A stretch of 64,000 bases of DNA from Mizuhopecten yessoensis (taxonomy: Eukaryota), in the NCBI RefSeq assembly GCF_002113885.1, contig NW_018404943.1, positions 1,425,236 to 1,489,235 on the forward strand. The letters run 5' to 3'. The translations under genes and the position numbers were made by a program. The notes beneath the pieces are model-generated. The model saw only the letters and a list, made by a program, of their open reading frames with translations. It searched no databases and was not told the DNA's origin. Every line of letters starts with the position of its first letter. Position 1 is the stretch's first letter. Below are positions 12,401 to 25,240 of this stretch, in pieces.

Positions 12401-15400
12401 TTATACATAACACGACACTTGAATTTTAAAACTGGACAATAGAAACACGTTTTTTATTTCTCAAATGCAAATCATGTTTTTAATATTTCACAGTTTTTGT
12501 CCTTGAATGTTGATAATGTGAAATACAGTCAAACCTGCTTGAGCGGTCACCTGAAATGAGCAGCCACCTCCCTAATGTGGTCAGTCTGTGGTCCGTCCGA
12601 TAGAAAAAAACTATATAATGAACCTGAAATAAGCAGCCACCTGTCTAATGCGGCCAGCGGCCACAAAACTCTGGCCCGAGACGTTATCTCCACCTTCAGC
12701 AGTCATTTTGTCCAGAAATTGACATCAAGAAAATCCCAATATATTAACAAGAACACATCCCAATAGAGCAAAGCTAATTACAATGTGTAATTAAAAACCA
12801 TAGGTAAGGTTTGACACGTTGAATTGACAAGTTGTTTACACAGCGATTTTCAGCTTGCAAATTGGGACAGGTCCTACCGACCCATCAACATTGTTTTACA
12901 AACAAAACAATAAATCCCACTTTGTGTACTCAATCAGCTTGTGATTTTTTAAAACAAGTATGATCTTTTGTGGTATCTGTACATACTGTATCCAAAGCTA
13001 CTCAGGCCTAATATATTATGTGATCAAAAAACTTGCCGCTATATTGCATGCGAAAACAGATCTGCTTCCGGTCTGCCAGTCACTATTTCTATATCAACGA
13101 AGCAGACATCATGTCAAAAGGATAAATTTCACAGCGCAGACGCTGAATCAGATTTTTGTTTTGATTAATTCGTCGTGATTTATTTCTATAATATAATAAT
13201 TTGGTTTTTAATAGCTGTGCGAGATCAGGACATTAGTGTTAGCCTTTCCATAAGGCGCGTGGGTGCTGTGAATAAACCGTTACGCTAAGTTGAAAGCTCA
13301 AAGATTCTTGCAAAGTACTAGATCTACTGAGTGATTTATTTATAAATGATGAATTAAGTTAATTATTTGATCCACATAGATCAGAATACATAGCAATGCA
13401 GATTTTCATTAAAATCAGATATACATGTAGATTTCATTACTGGTGGTTGTCTGCTAGCGCAAAACGTATGTGGAACACGTGTGTAGCCAAACAAAAATAA
13501 ATTCATCATTTCAAGAAATTAATCACCAAAACGCCTTTGTATTTCATTGATTATGCAAATTTATATTCAGGTATGAATTCGTACCCCTGTTGATGAAGGG
13601 AGAAAAATTCAAAATAACATAGCCGCCTATATTTCCGGTGAAATGTCATTATAACCCGTGGATGTATGGAAACTTGGTTGTGATTTTCGGGTGAGCCTGG
13701 TTTTAGCAGCCACCTGTCTTAAGCGGCAAATTTCTGCCGGTCCCTTGGGTGGCCTCTTAATACAGGTGTAATGTGTCCGTGCTTGGTGACACTTCACACT
13801 TTATTTTGGTTCTTTTTAATTTTTTGAATGATAATTTAATTTAATTTCTTTTATGTTTTGCAGATATCTTAACATCAGCGTGGCTATTTAGTGATGCAAG
13901 ATCAGTCGCCTCAGTTCCACCAACTAATGTCCAAGTTCTGTCTAACAGTAGTTGTTCCGATATCAATGTGAAATTACTTAGCCAGAGCTGTGACTTCAAC
14001 AGTGGTTACTGCAGCTTCAGTCACCCGACGGATTACCATGACTTACGGTGGAGGATAACATCTTCAACATATTACGCAGAAGTACATTCTCTTCATGGTA
14101 ATTTAACGTGTTATCATAAAAAAGATTTGTCTCAAAATTGGTTATTTATACAAGTTTGATTGCAATAGTATTTGTTGAGCTTATTGATGTTGAGCGATCT
14201 ATCTTTCAGAGAATTAATAACGATTTCTTTAAATTCTTATCATCAAAAATGTTTTATCTCTGAATGCAATAGAAATAACAAACATTACTTTTTCAAGCTG
14301 ATATCTCTGTTAATATTTTAAGACCTATCTGATTGTTTTTAAATTATGAAACTTATTCAGAAAAGAACTTTATATTCTTGTCCTTCTGCAGCTATTTATT
14401 GCTTCCATGGAAATATATTTACTCTCATTATTCACACTTATACGATCGACTTAATGTGACGGAGTACTATGTAATCGCCGCATAATGTATTACGATATCT
14501 CTTGTTTGACGTAGGTGTCTTTTAAATAGGTACATATTGCTTATAATCATATCACTGTAGCATAATTTTTGTATAATTACAGGAGGGTCATATATCTACC
14601 CATACATGTTGGGTAGACATGACGGCGCTAGTTCCTCTATCAACACCACAACAATCAATAGCGGGACTGTGTGTATCCAGTTCTGGTACGCCATGTCAGC
14701 ATCTACCTCCAATCTGGAAGTCCTGCTGGATACCAACGGTCAGGACACATCGCTATGGAAACTGACTGGTCGTTATGGAGATGGTTGGAGGAAGGCGACA
14801 TTGGCTGTGTTCAGTCAAAGTCCATTTAAGGTAATGATATTACATAGTAGCCAACTGCCTCACCTCCATGTGTTATAGATATCATACATATGACACGATG
14901 AAACAACATATTCATCATCATCTGCAGTAGGAACAGAAAAATGATGATATAAACCAAAAATATGGTGGCATATTTCTGCCATCCACTTGCGACTTACGAG
15001 TTACGTATGTCCACATAATTATTGAAAGATGTCAACATAATCTGAGAAGATGTCGACATATCTTTTAAATTATGTCGACAGATTATCACATTTGCCGAGA
15101 TAATTATCTCGTAAGTGGGTAACTCGGCTTTTTATCGTGTTAATGCTCGGGTGTGACATCGACTTGCCACTTACGACTTGCCAATTACGACTTATTTATG
15201 TCGACATCCTATTAGATTATTGCCGACTTACCAAAACGAGCCTTGTGCACGAGGACCGCGAAGGGGGGCTGATGGTGACTGAACAGTGGTGACTATACTG
15301 GTGAGTAACTTGGTAAAATCAATTTAAATATGGGAAATCAAAGATATGAATATTACAGTAGGTTACTATGATGTACAGAGTTTATCAATCAAAGAGGGAT

Positions 15401-18400
15401 TTTACATAAATAAGTCGTAAGTGGCAAGTCGTAAGTGGCAAGTCGTAAGTCGATGTCACACCCGAGCATTAACACGATAAAAAGCCGAGGTACCCACTTA
15501 CGAGATAATTATCTCGGCAAAATTATCTCGGCAAATGTGATAATCTGTCGACATAATTTAAAAATTATGTCGACATCTTCTTAGATTATGTCGACATCTT
15601 TCAATGATTATGTCGACATACGTAACTCGTAATTCGCAAGTGGATGGCAGAAATATGCCACCATACAAAAAGCTTCTGCTTAAATAAGATCATTAACTAT
15701 TTCTAGCGGAACGTTGTAATTAAAACAAAATGCGCTTTACAATATTATAAAAGTATTGAAATATCGGAATATGTTGGTTATGAACAGAGCATACTGTTAC
15801 AAGATAATACATATTTATATATATTATCTTATATTTCCATTTCCTTTGTACAGTCCTCATGTAAATCTACATTAATGTATCAACCAATGATTTTCCTATA
15901 ATCGAACAACAGCAAGACCCACTTAATGTTTCCAATCGGAACCTGTTCAGGTCTTACTGTCAAACTGTTTAAGGAATCGATCTCAAAATCATGACTTGGC
16001 GTGACGTACAATTCAAATTTATTCAGATTCATACAAATGTAGAAAACTCTTCGCCATATGCTTGACACTTCAATATTTTTATATCCATTATTGTGATAAT
16101 TCATGCTGATGAAAAAATAATACCGCAAAATACATACCAAAAAAGTAGAATTTTAACATTTTCTCACTTGCACTGTGTCGCCGTTCACGGACGAGATAGT
16201 AATGAATTCGAACCTGACACGTATTAAGACTCAGAAACAGTCCCTGCTGTTTTCTTCAAAGCAATGTTTAATACTCTTTTGTAATTTCGAACGAGTTCCC
16301 CTCAAAAACTGTAGATAAACTTGTTGTTATTGAAACATGCATGTCTTGTTTATCTAGTATTCCCTTTTTGTCATATTCTGGTATCTACGGAGCCTGGAAA
16401 GGGACATACAAACATTAACTGAGATTATGTTTAGTAATATGTAATCTCGGGTTATTTATCTTTTTTCCCCCACCATGTCCCATCCTAGGCTTCGTAGTAT
16501 GTAGATGTATAGACAGTAGAAAAATGAAAACATACATTTATGTTCATGTAACCAACTATATTATTACTATTTTGCAGATTCGATTCAAATCTGTAAGAAT
16601 CAACGTTCGCACAAAACTGGGATTAGATGATGTAAAGATTTGGAAATTTCCTTTCAATACGACAATATCAGCTAAAACGACGACACGAACGACAACACCG
16701 TCGCCATGGACAACACGAACAACAACAACATCGCCATGGACAACACAAACGGCATCATCAACGATAACACAAACGAGTACACCTTTGACAACAACAACAC
16801 TTTCATGGGCATATTCAACGACAACTATACCAACAACACAGAAAACACCAATGAAAACATTGAAGACAAAACATAGAATTTCACAGATCAAACCATGGGA
16901 AATGCTAACAAAAACATCAACAACAAAGCAAACGATTATTCCTGCAACAAAACCTTTTGCAACAGCCATGTCACCATGGCCAGCCTCTACGAAAATGCTA
17001 ACGACCAATCCAAGATATCCGTGGCTATCATCAACGAAACCACCAACACCAGCAAGGACAATTTCAACGGCGAAACCGTTGACAACTCAAACGATGATTA
17101 CAACAACTACACGAACCTATCAATGGACTACAGCAACACCACCATGGAGAACATCAACAACACCACCATGGGGAACATCAACGAAAACACCATGGAGAAC
17201 ATCAAGGACAACACCATGGAGAACAACGACACCACCACCATGGAGAACATCAAGGACAACACCATGGAGAACAACGACACCACCACCATGGAGAACATCA
17301 AGGACAACACCATGGAGAACAACGACACCACCACCATGGAGAACATCAAGGACAACACCATGGAGAATAGCAACAACACAACCATGGAGAACATCAACGA
17401 AAACACCATGGAGAACATCAAGGACAACACCATGGAGAATATCAACAACACAACCATGGAGAACATCAACGAAAACACCATGGAGAACATCAAGGACAAC
17501 ACCATGGAGAACAACGACACCACCACCATGGAGAACATCAAGGACAACACCATGGAGAACAACGACACCACCACCATGGAGAACATCAAGGACAACACCA
17601 TGGAGAACAACGACACCACCACCATGGAGAACATCAAGGACAACACCATGGAGAACAACGACACCACCACCATGGAGAACATCAAGGACAACACCATGGA
17701 GAATAGCAACAACACAACCATGGAGAACATCAACGAAAACACCATGGAGAACATCAAGGACAACACCATGGAGAACAACGACACCACCACCATGGAGAAC
17801 ATCAAGGACAACACCATGGAGAATAGCAACAACACAACCATGGAGAACATCAACGAAAACACCATGGAGAACATCAAGGACAACACCATGGAGAACAACG
17901 ACACCACCACCATGGAGAACATCAAGGACAACACCATGGAGAACAACGACACCACCACCATGGAGAACATCAAGGACAACACCATGGAGAATATCAACAA
18001 CACAACCATGGAGAACATGAAAGAAAACCCCATGGAGAATATCAACAACACCACCATGGAGAACATCAACACCACCCCCATGGAGAACATCAACAACACC
18101 ACCATGGAGAACGCCAACAACACCACCATGGAGAACATCAACAACACAACCATGGGGAACATCAACGAAAACACCATGGAGAACATCAAGGACAACACCA
18201 TGGAGAACAACGACACCACCACCATGGAGAACATCAAGGACAACACCATGGAGAACAACGACACCACCACCATGGAGAACATCAAGGACAACACCATGGA
18301 GAACAACGACACCACCACCATGGAGAACATCAAGGACAACACCATGGAGAATAGCAACAACACAACCATGGAGAACATCAACGAAAACACCATGGAGAAC

Positions 18401-21400
18401 ATCAACAACACCACCATGGGGAACATCAACGAAAACACCATGGAGAACATCAAGGACAACACCATGGAGAATATCAACAACACAACCATGGAGAACATCA
18501 ACGAAAACACCATGGAGAATATCAACAACACCACCATGGAGAACATCAACACCACCACAATGGAGAACATCAACAACACCACCATGGAGAACGTCAACAA
18601 CACCACCGTGGAGAACATTAACAACACCATCATTGAGAATATCAACAACACCACCATGGAGAACGTCAACAACACCACCATGGAGAACATTAACAACACC
18701 ATCATTGAGAATATCAACAACACCACCATGGAGAACATCAACACCACCACCATGGGGAACATCAACGAAAACACCATGGAGAATATCAACAAGACCACAA
18801 TGGGGAACATCAACGAAAACACCATGGAGAATATCAACAAGACCACCGTGGGGAACATCAACGAAAACACCATGGAGAACATCAACGAAAACACCATGGA
18901 GAACATCAACGAAAACACCATGGAGAACATCAACGAAAACACCATGGAGAATATCAACAAGACCACCAGGGGGAACATCAACGAAAACACCATGGAGAAT
19001 ATCAACAAGACCGCCATGGGGAACATCAACGAAAACACCATGGAGAAGATCAACACCACCACCATGGAGAACATCAACGAAAACACCATGGAGAATATCA
19101 ACAAGACCACCAGGGGGAACATCAACGAAAACACCATGGAGAACATCAACGAAAACACCATGGAGAATATCAACAAGACCACCAGGGGGAACATCAACGA
19201 AAACACCATGGAGAACATCAACACCACCACCATGGAGAACATCAACACCCCCACCATGGAGAACATCAACAACACCATCATGGGGAACATCCAACGAAAA
19301 CACCATGGAGAACATCAACAACACCACCATGGAGAACATCAACGACAACACCATGGAGAACATCAACAACACCACCATGGAGAACATCAACAACCCCACC
19401 ATGGGGAACATCAACGAAAACACCATGGAGAAGATCAACACCACCACCATGGAGAACATCAACGAAAACACCATGGAGAACATCAACGAAAACACCATGG
19501 AGAACATCAACGAAAACACCATGGAGAACATCAACAGCACCCCCATGGAGAACGTCAACAACACCACCATGGAGAACATTAACAACACCACCATTGAGAA
19601 TATCAACAACACCACCATGGAGAACATCAACGAAAACACCATGGAGAATATCAACAAGACCACAATGGGGAACATCAACGAAAACACCATGGAGAATACC
19701 AACAAGACCACCATGGAGAACATCAACGAAAACACCATGGAGAATATCAACAAAACCACCATGGAGAACGTCAACAACACCACCATGGAGAACATCAACA
19801 ACACCATCATGGGGAACATCAACGAAAACACCATGGAGAATATCAACAGAACCACCATGGAGAACGTCAACAACACCACCATGGAGAACATCAACAACAC
19901 CATCATGGAGAATATCAACAACACCACCATGGAGAACATCAACGAAAACACCATGGAGAACATCAACACCACCACCATGGAGAACATCAACACCACCACC
20001 ATGGAGATCATCAACACCACCATCATGGAGAACATCATCAAAACCATCATGGAGAATATCAACAACACCACCATGGGGAACATCAACGAAAACCCCATGG
20101 AGAACATCAACAACACCATCAACCATGGAGAACATCAACAACACGATCATGGAGAATATCAACAACCCCCCCATGGAGAACATCAACACCACCCCCATGG
20201 AGAACATCAACACCACCCCCATGGAGAACATCAACACCACCATCATGGAGAACATCAACAACACCATCAACCATGGAGAACATCAACACCACCCCCATGG
20301 AGAACATCAACAACACGATCATGGAGAATATCAACAACCCCCCCATGGAGAACATCAACAACACGATCATGGAGAATATCAACAACCCCCCCATGGAGAA
20401 CATCAACACCACCCCCATGGAGATCATCAACACCACCATCATGGGGAACATCAACGAAAACTCCATGGAGAACATCAACACCACCCCCATGGAGATCATC
20501 AACACCACCATCATGGAGAACATCAACAAAACCATCATGGAGAATATCAACACCTCCACCATGGAGAACATCAACGAAAACGCCATGGAGAACATCAACA
20601 CCACCATCATGGAGAATATCATCAAAACCATCATGGAGAATTTCAACAACACCACCCTGGGGAACATCAACGAAAACACAATGGAGAACATCAACGAAAA
20701 CGCCATGGAGAACATCAACACCACCCCCATGGAGAACATCAACACCACAACCATGGAGACCGTCAACACCACCACCATGGAGAAAATCAACAACACCATC
20801 ATGGAGAACATCAACAACACAACCATCATTGAGAATATCAACAACACCACCATGGAGACCATCAACGAAAACACCATGGAGAACATGAACACCACCACCA
20901 TGGAGAACGTCAACACAACCCCCATGGAGCACATCAACACCACCACCATGGAGAGCATCAACACCACCATCATGGAGAACGTCAACACCACCACCATGGA
21001 GATCGTAAACACCACCACCATGGAGAACGTCAACACAACCCCCATGGAGCACATCAACACCACCACCATGGGGAACACCAACAACAACACCATGGAGAAC
21101 AACGACACCACCACCATGGAGAACATCAAGGACAACACCATGGAGAACAACGACACCACCACCATGGGGAACATCAACGAAAACACCATGGAGAATATCA
21201 ACAACACCACCATGGAGAACATCAACACCACCACCATGGAGAACGTCAACACCACCACCATGGAGCACATCAACACCACCACCATGGGGAACACCAACAA
21301 CAACACCATGGAGAACAACGACACCACCACCATGGAGAACATCAACGAAAACACCATGGAGAACATCAACACCACCACCATGGAGAACGTCAACACCACC

Positions 21401-22277
21401 ACCATGGAGAACATCAACACCACCACCATGGAGAACCACAACACCACCACCATGGAGAACATCAACACCACCACCATGGAGAACATCAACAACTCCACCA
21501 TGGAAAACATTAACGACAACACCAACCAATCCACAGGCAACACCACCAACACGTGCAACAAAAACAGAAAAAACTCCTTGGAACATATCAAAGGCAATGA
21601 AAACAACGACAATACCAATACATATACAGGCAACAACAACGACAACACCAATGACAACAACAGCACTAACAGGGAAAACGACGCTACCAATAACAACACG
21701 AATTGACCAATGGCCATCATCAACAACACCACCGTGGAGAGCATCAACGAAACCAACTACAACACCAAGCAATGCAAGGGCAACACCAAAGATAACACCA
21801 ACAACGAACCAAACTATTATATTCACGACAAAACAAACGTCGAAAACAACAATGCCATGGACAACTTCAACATCATCACCAGCTACAACACACACGGCTA
21901 GACCAAAGACAACATTTAGGGATCCATGGACAACATCAACATCACCAACTACAACATGGTCGAAAACACCCATGTTAACACAACCGACAACATTTAAAAT
22001 AACATCACCGACACCCTCATGGACAACACAAACGACTAATCAACGGAGTACACCAACATCAACAACACCATCGACAGCATCAATGACAACTCCGATGTCA
22101 AAACACACAACATCAACAACACCGAAGCCACCGACGACATCTGCCTCTACGTTTGGTCTTAACCCGCAACCTTCTAACTCTGGGTTAGCGGCAACGAACC
22201 AGCAAAACGGAGCATCCGCCTCAAAAGCTCATAATACTGATATTATGTTTTTTTATTGGCGTTCTTCGTGGTCGTAA
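9480..22277 (+). CDS. Gene B1: secreted MAM-domain mucin-like protein with Trp/Arg-rich (PPWRTSTT)n tract; as assembled it stops at TGA 18018-18020 (~651 aa), while the ancestral frame ends at 22277
   Basis: Exons 9480-9510, 13864-14097, 14583-14830, 16578-(18020/22277). Signal peptide MKLAWTLVLLHILTSAWLFSDA; same MAM motifs and exon-3 size (248 nt) as the A genes. In-frame stops at 18018, 20886 and 21006; three +1 frameshifts at ~19291, ~20121 and ~20269. C-terminus HNTDIMFFYWRSSWS* matches B2. Confidence 0.8.
11668..12313. mobile_element. Non-autonomous DNA transposon with TTAA target duplication (Kolobok-like)
   Basis: TTAA|GGT...ACC|TTAA. The paralogous B2 intron has a single TTAA at 50089-50092 (empty site). 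Confidence 0.75.
12526..13768. mobile_element. Non-autonomous Tc1/mariner (pogo/Tigger-like) element with TA target duplication
   Basis: TA|CAGTCAAACCTG... left end and partly deleted right TIR ...CAGGTG|TA, with internal repeated GCAGCCACCTG motifs. Empty site GAAA-TA-ATGTGTCC at 50299-50300 in B2. Confidence 0.8.
14961..15665. mobile_element. Foldback-type MITE with ~230-bp TIRs and 6-bp TSD (IS3EU-like termini TAY..RTA)
   Basis: TATGGTGGCATATTTCTGCCATCCACTTGCG... and ...CGCAAGTGGATGGCAGAAATATGCCACCATA are inverted copies. CAAAAA is duplicated at 14955-14960 and 15666-15671. Absent from B2 intron 3 (~54375). Confidence 0.85.
16386..16496. mobile_element. Short internally deleted MITE remnant
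   Basis: Inverted ends TACGGAGCCTGGAAAGGGACAT / ATGTCCCATCCTAGGCTTCGTA. A degenerate copy sits at the same place in B2 intron 3 (~55150-55245). Confidence 0.55.
17130..21505 (+). repeat. Coding minisatellite, 24-bp unit (ACACCACCATGGAGAACATCAACA), roughly 180 copies
   Basis: CCATGGAGAAC recurs every 24 nt, with 48-bp dimeric higher-order units in 17200-18350. Confidence 0.95.
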
Positions 22278-22686
22278 ACAATCTATAAAGAGAGTAAGGA
22301 TGCCTCTTACAGTTTGTTTATAACAGAAAATCATGGATATATCATGAATATAAAATCATAAAATTGAAAAAAGTATACCAAAATACAATTTTACACTGCA
22401 ACATACATGTAATAAATATCAAAATTTGATCTGAATTTGATAGTCAGATTTCAAAGGCAATTAAAAATCATCAACACTGACAGATTTAACGTATCGCCAC
22501 CAGTGTGGATGGTATCATGTTTCAGACCGAGAATTGAGTTATTTGCCAGGGGCAGATATAACCGTGCACGTGTGATTTACATTGTATAATAGAGACTCAA
22601 CTTAAATGATTTGCTATTAATTGAATGATAGTTTTTTTTAACGATTTCGGACAATAAAATGTAAACAGCGAGAGATTAGCAACAAT

Positions 22687-22920
22687 GGGTGGTCGGGTGG
22701 TGCAGTGGATAGCGCACTTGCCTTTCACCAAGGCGGCCGGGGTTCGATTCCCCGATCGGACGTGAAAAGGTTGGCGTCACCTGCCCGACCACGAGGGTTT
22801 TCTCCGGGTACTCCGGTTTCGTCTCACACTAAGACCCCCAACGCGCTAACATCCGGGCAACAAGAGTGATTAATATAAGTTGAAATAAATTGTTTCATAA
22901 TTGTTGTAAAATAAATAAAT
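22687..22920 (+). mobile_element. tRNA-derived SINE (V-SINE type), near full length
   Basis: A box TGGTGCAGTGG, B box GGTTCGATTCC, central GGGTTTTCTCCGGGTACTCCGGTTTC (V-domain-like) and an (AAAT)n tail. Confidence 0.85.
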
Positions 22921-24829
22921 GTCCACAACAGGTAATTGGCGATTTAGTCAATAGAGCGAAATAAATACCAATGAATAATTAATTGTGATATACATATATA
23001 TGATCACTTTATGGCAGAAGTGGTAGTGTTTTGTTAATAAACCTTAATTGTTGATTAAATATAACTTTTGCGTATACGTTTGTAAGCGGAATAGTATATA
23101 TATCTATAAACATATACGTGATAAAAATGAAAATTAACTTGTAATGCACTTGTAGCAGTAGTTAAGCAAGGTCCAGTTCTCGATAAGGTACATGTATACA
23201 TGTATGAGTATATCGCTGGACTGATGACATTTAGATCATTTCTATTGATTACATTACCTATTGATGTATATAACAAATACATGTACATGTCTTAATCCCT
23301 GGTGATTTGCAAATAAAAAATTACCACAATACAGTTTTGTGTTATGCAACTAGTATATATGCCTTTTAAAATAAAACTTCCAGAAATCGAACTTCTCGAT
23401 GTGTCTTACGGCAAAGTCCAAAAGCTTTACCTTATAAAAAACAAGAAATATTTTTTCATTAATCGAACTTGTATGAGTCGAATTTTTTGCTGTTTTGAAA
23501 TTCAATTTAGGCCGGTTCGTTATGTGAAAACGTTGAAAATCACAGCTACAAGAATAATAAATCAAAGTGAAATATTCAATTGTTCGTGACCATCCAAATT
23601 ACCCGTGATTATTCTAAGAGTACATGTACGGGCTTCGGAAATTTAAGTGAAAAAAAATGTTGAATTTGATGAGAAATCCACTAGTTCTATTGTTAAAATC
23701 AAATGTCTAAGCCAGTGTTTCTTCACATATTTAAAGAATCACATTGTCTTGTTTTTATAGGATCTCGATGTTCAATATTCGTGAGTCAAAGTCCGACGTT
23801 CGGATTTTTCACGATGGTCCCGCAAAATTCGAAACACCGAAGTCTGTATGTAGTTAAAGTAAAGTCAGTACCATGCATGGATTTATCATAGTAGCCATGA
23901 TATTTAACAAATGACCGTTGTATTGATTTTGCATGTCTTTGAGCATCTTCCGAAAACTAAAATTATTCATTGGAAACTGTTTTTCGTCATGACTATAAAT
24001 TTAGCTAGAAATCATCTCTGTAACAGAAAAACATACCTTATGATACTGTACTTTGATGGAAAAAAGAAAAAAATACGAAATAAACGGAATATAATCAAGA
24101 ACACGACTACAAACATTCAGCAGTCCTAGAACAAGATTCGAACCCTGAACTTCAGATTGTTTTACTATCGTCCAAAATAAGTAGCGGATGTATCTGTGAA
24201 GCTAAAGAATAAGGAGATCGCTGTATATTCGAAAACTAATTGAACAGTGAGATAAGGGTCCCTTAGATGATCGTTTTGATCTGATAGAGTTAATTCTAGC
24301 GGTTACCATGGTTACTTGAAGAAGAATTTTCAATATTATTACAAAGTATTTTTGATATAAACCACCAAATAGAATAGCACCAACACATATGGGCCTTATC
24401 GATAACTAAAATTGACACAATGAATGTCCAAAAGAACAGAATGACACCGAAACGAAATCTAGCAGAGTTAATTTTCAAAAGTTACAGAAAGACACTCGCT
24501 TTGCACGGACCCTCGCTGGAAACTGGAATCAAAACTGGACACTGCTAAGAAATCGGGCCTTTCCTTTACCGCAACTGGTACACTTCGAAATATCTCCCGT
24601 CAAACCCAGGACAGTGTGCTAGTCTCGATAATGATATAAGACAGTATTTTTAATCGTAATAGACTTGATACGATAAAGCAATGAACTTGGTATTACTATG
24701 TACCGCTTAATGACTTTAATATTAGTGGCAACATTTTTGGTAGACAACTGTAGCTACATACTATCATAAAAATAAACAGAACTAAAATATATTTTTTCAA
24801 TATCAGACAAAAGGTTTCTCAGCAATATC

Positions 24830-25240
24830 AATAAATCTGTAGGACCATACATCAATGGAATCTGTTATGCCGTTCAATAAATCTGTATGGCACTAAATTG
24901 AAGCTGTTTGGGAGTACATTGAATATGTATGACCATAAATGTAGTCTGTTTGGACAAACATTGAATCTGTATGGCACTTAATTGAATCTGTTTGGCAGTA
25001 CATTAATTCTGTATGACCCTAAATTGAGTCTGTTTGGCCAAACATTGAATCTGTATGGCCCTATATTGATTCTGTTTGGCCATACATTGAATCTGTATGA
25101 CCCTCAAATGTCTGAACTTATATTGAATTTGTGTGGTCCCAAATTGAATCTGTTTGGCCAAACATTGAATCTATTAGGCCCTTAATAGAATGTTTGGCCA
25201 TACATTGACTTTGTGTTACCCGTATTCAATCTGTATCACT
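24830..25240. repeat. Degenerate 21-bp minisatellite (TTGAATCTGTWTGGC...)
   Basis: About 19 units of ATTGAATCTGTATGGCMCTAA / ATTGAATCTGTTTGGCCAAAC. Confidence 0.8.

Noticed and set aside
18018-20888. In-frame TGA codons in B1 as selenocysteine or programmed readthrough
   Set aside because: They replace Ser (TCA) in a repeat, a TAA also occurs at 21006, and I saw no SECIS-like element.
22687-22765. tRNA gene
   Set aside because: The A and B boxes run into a SINE body and tail, with further copies at 30230-30712, and the acceptor stem is not intact.
24982-25185. ORF with 7-aa LNLYGP repeats resembling a leucine-rich repeat
   Set aside because: It is the translation of a 21-bp minisatellite and has no splice or gene context.
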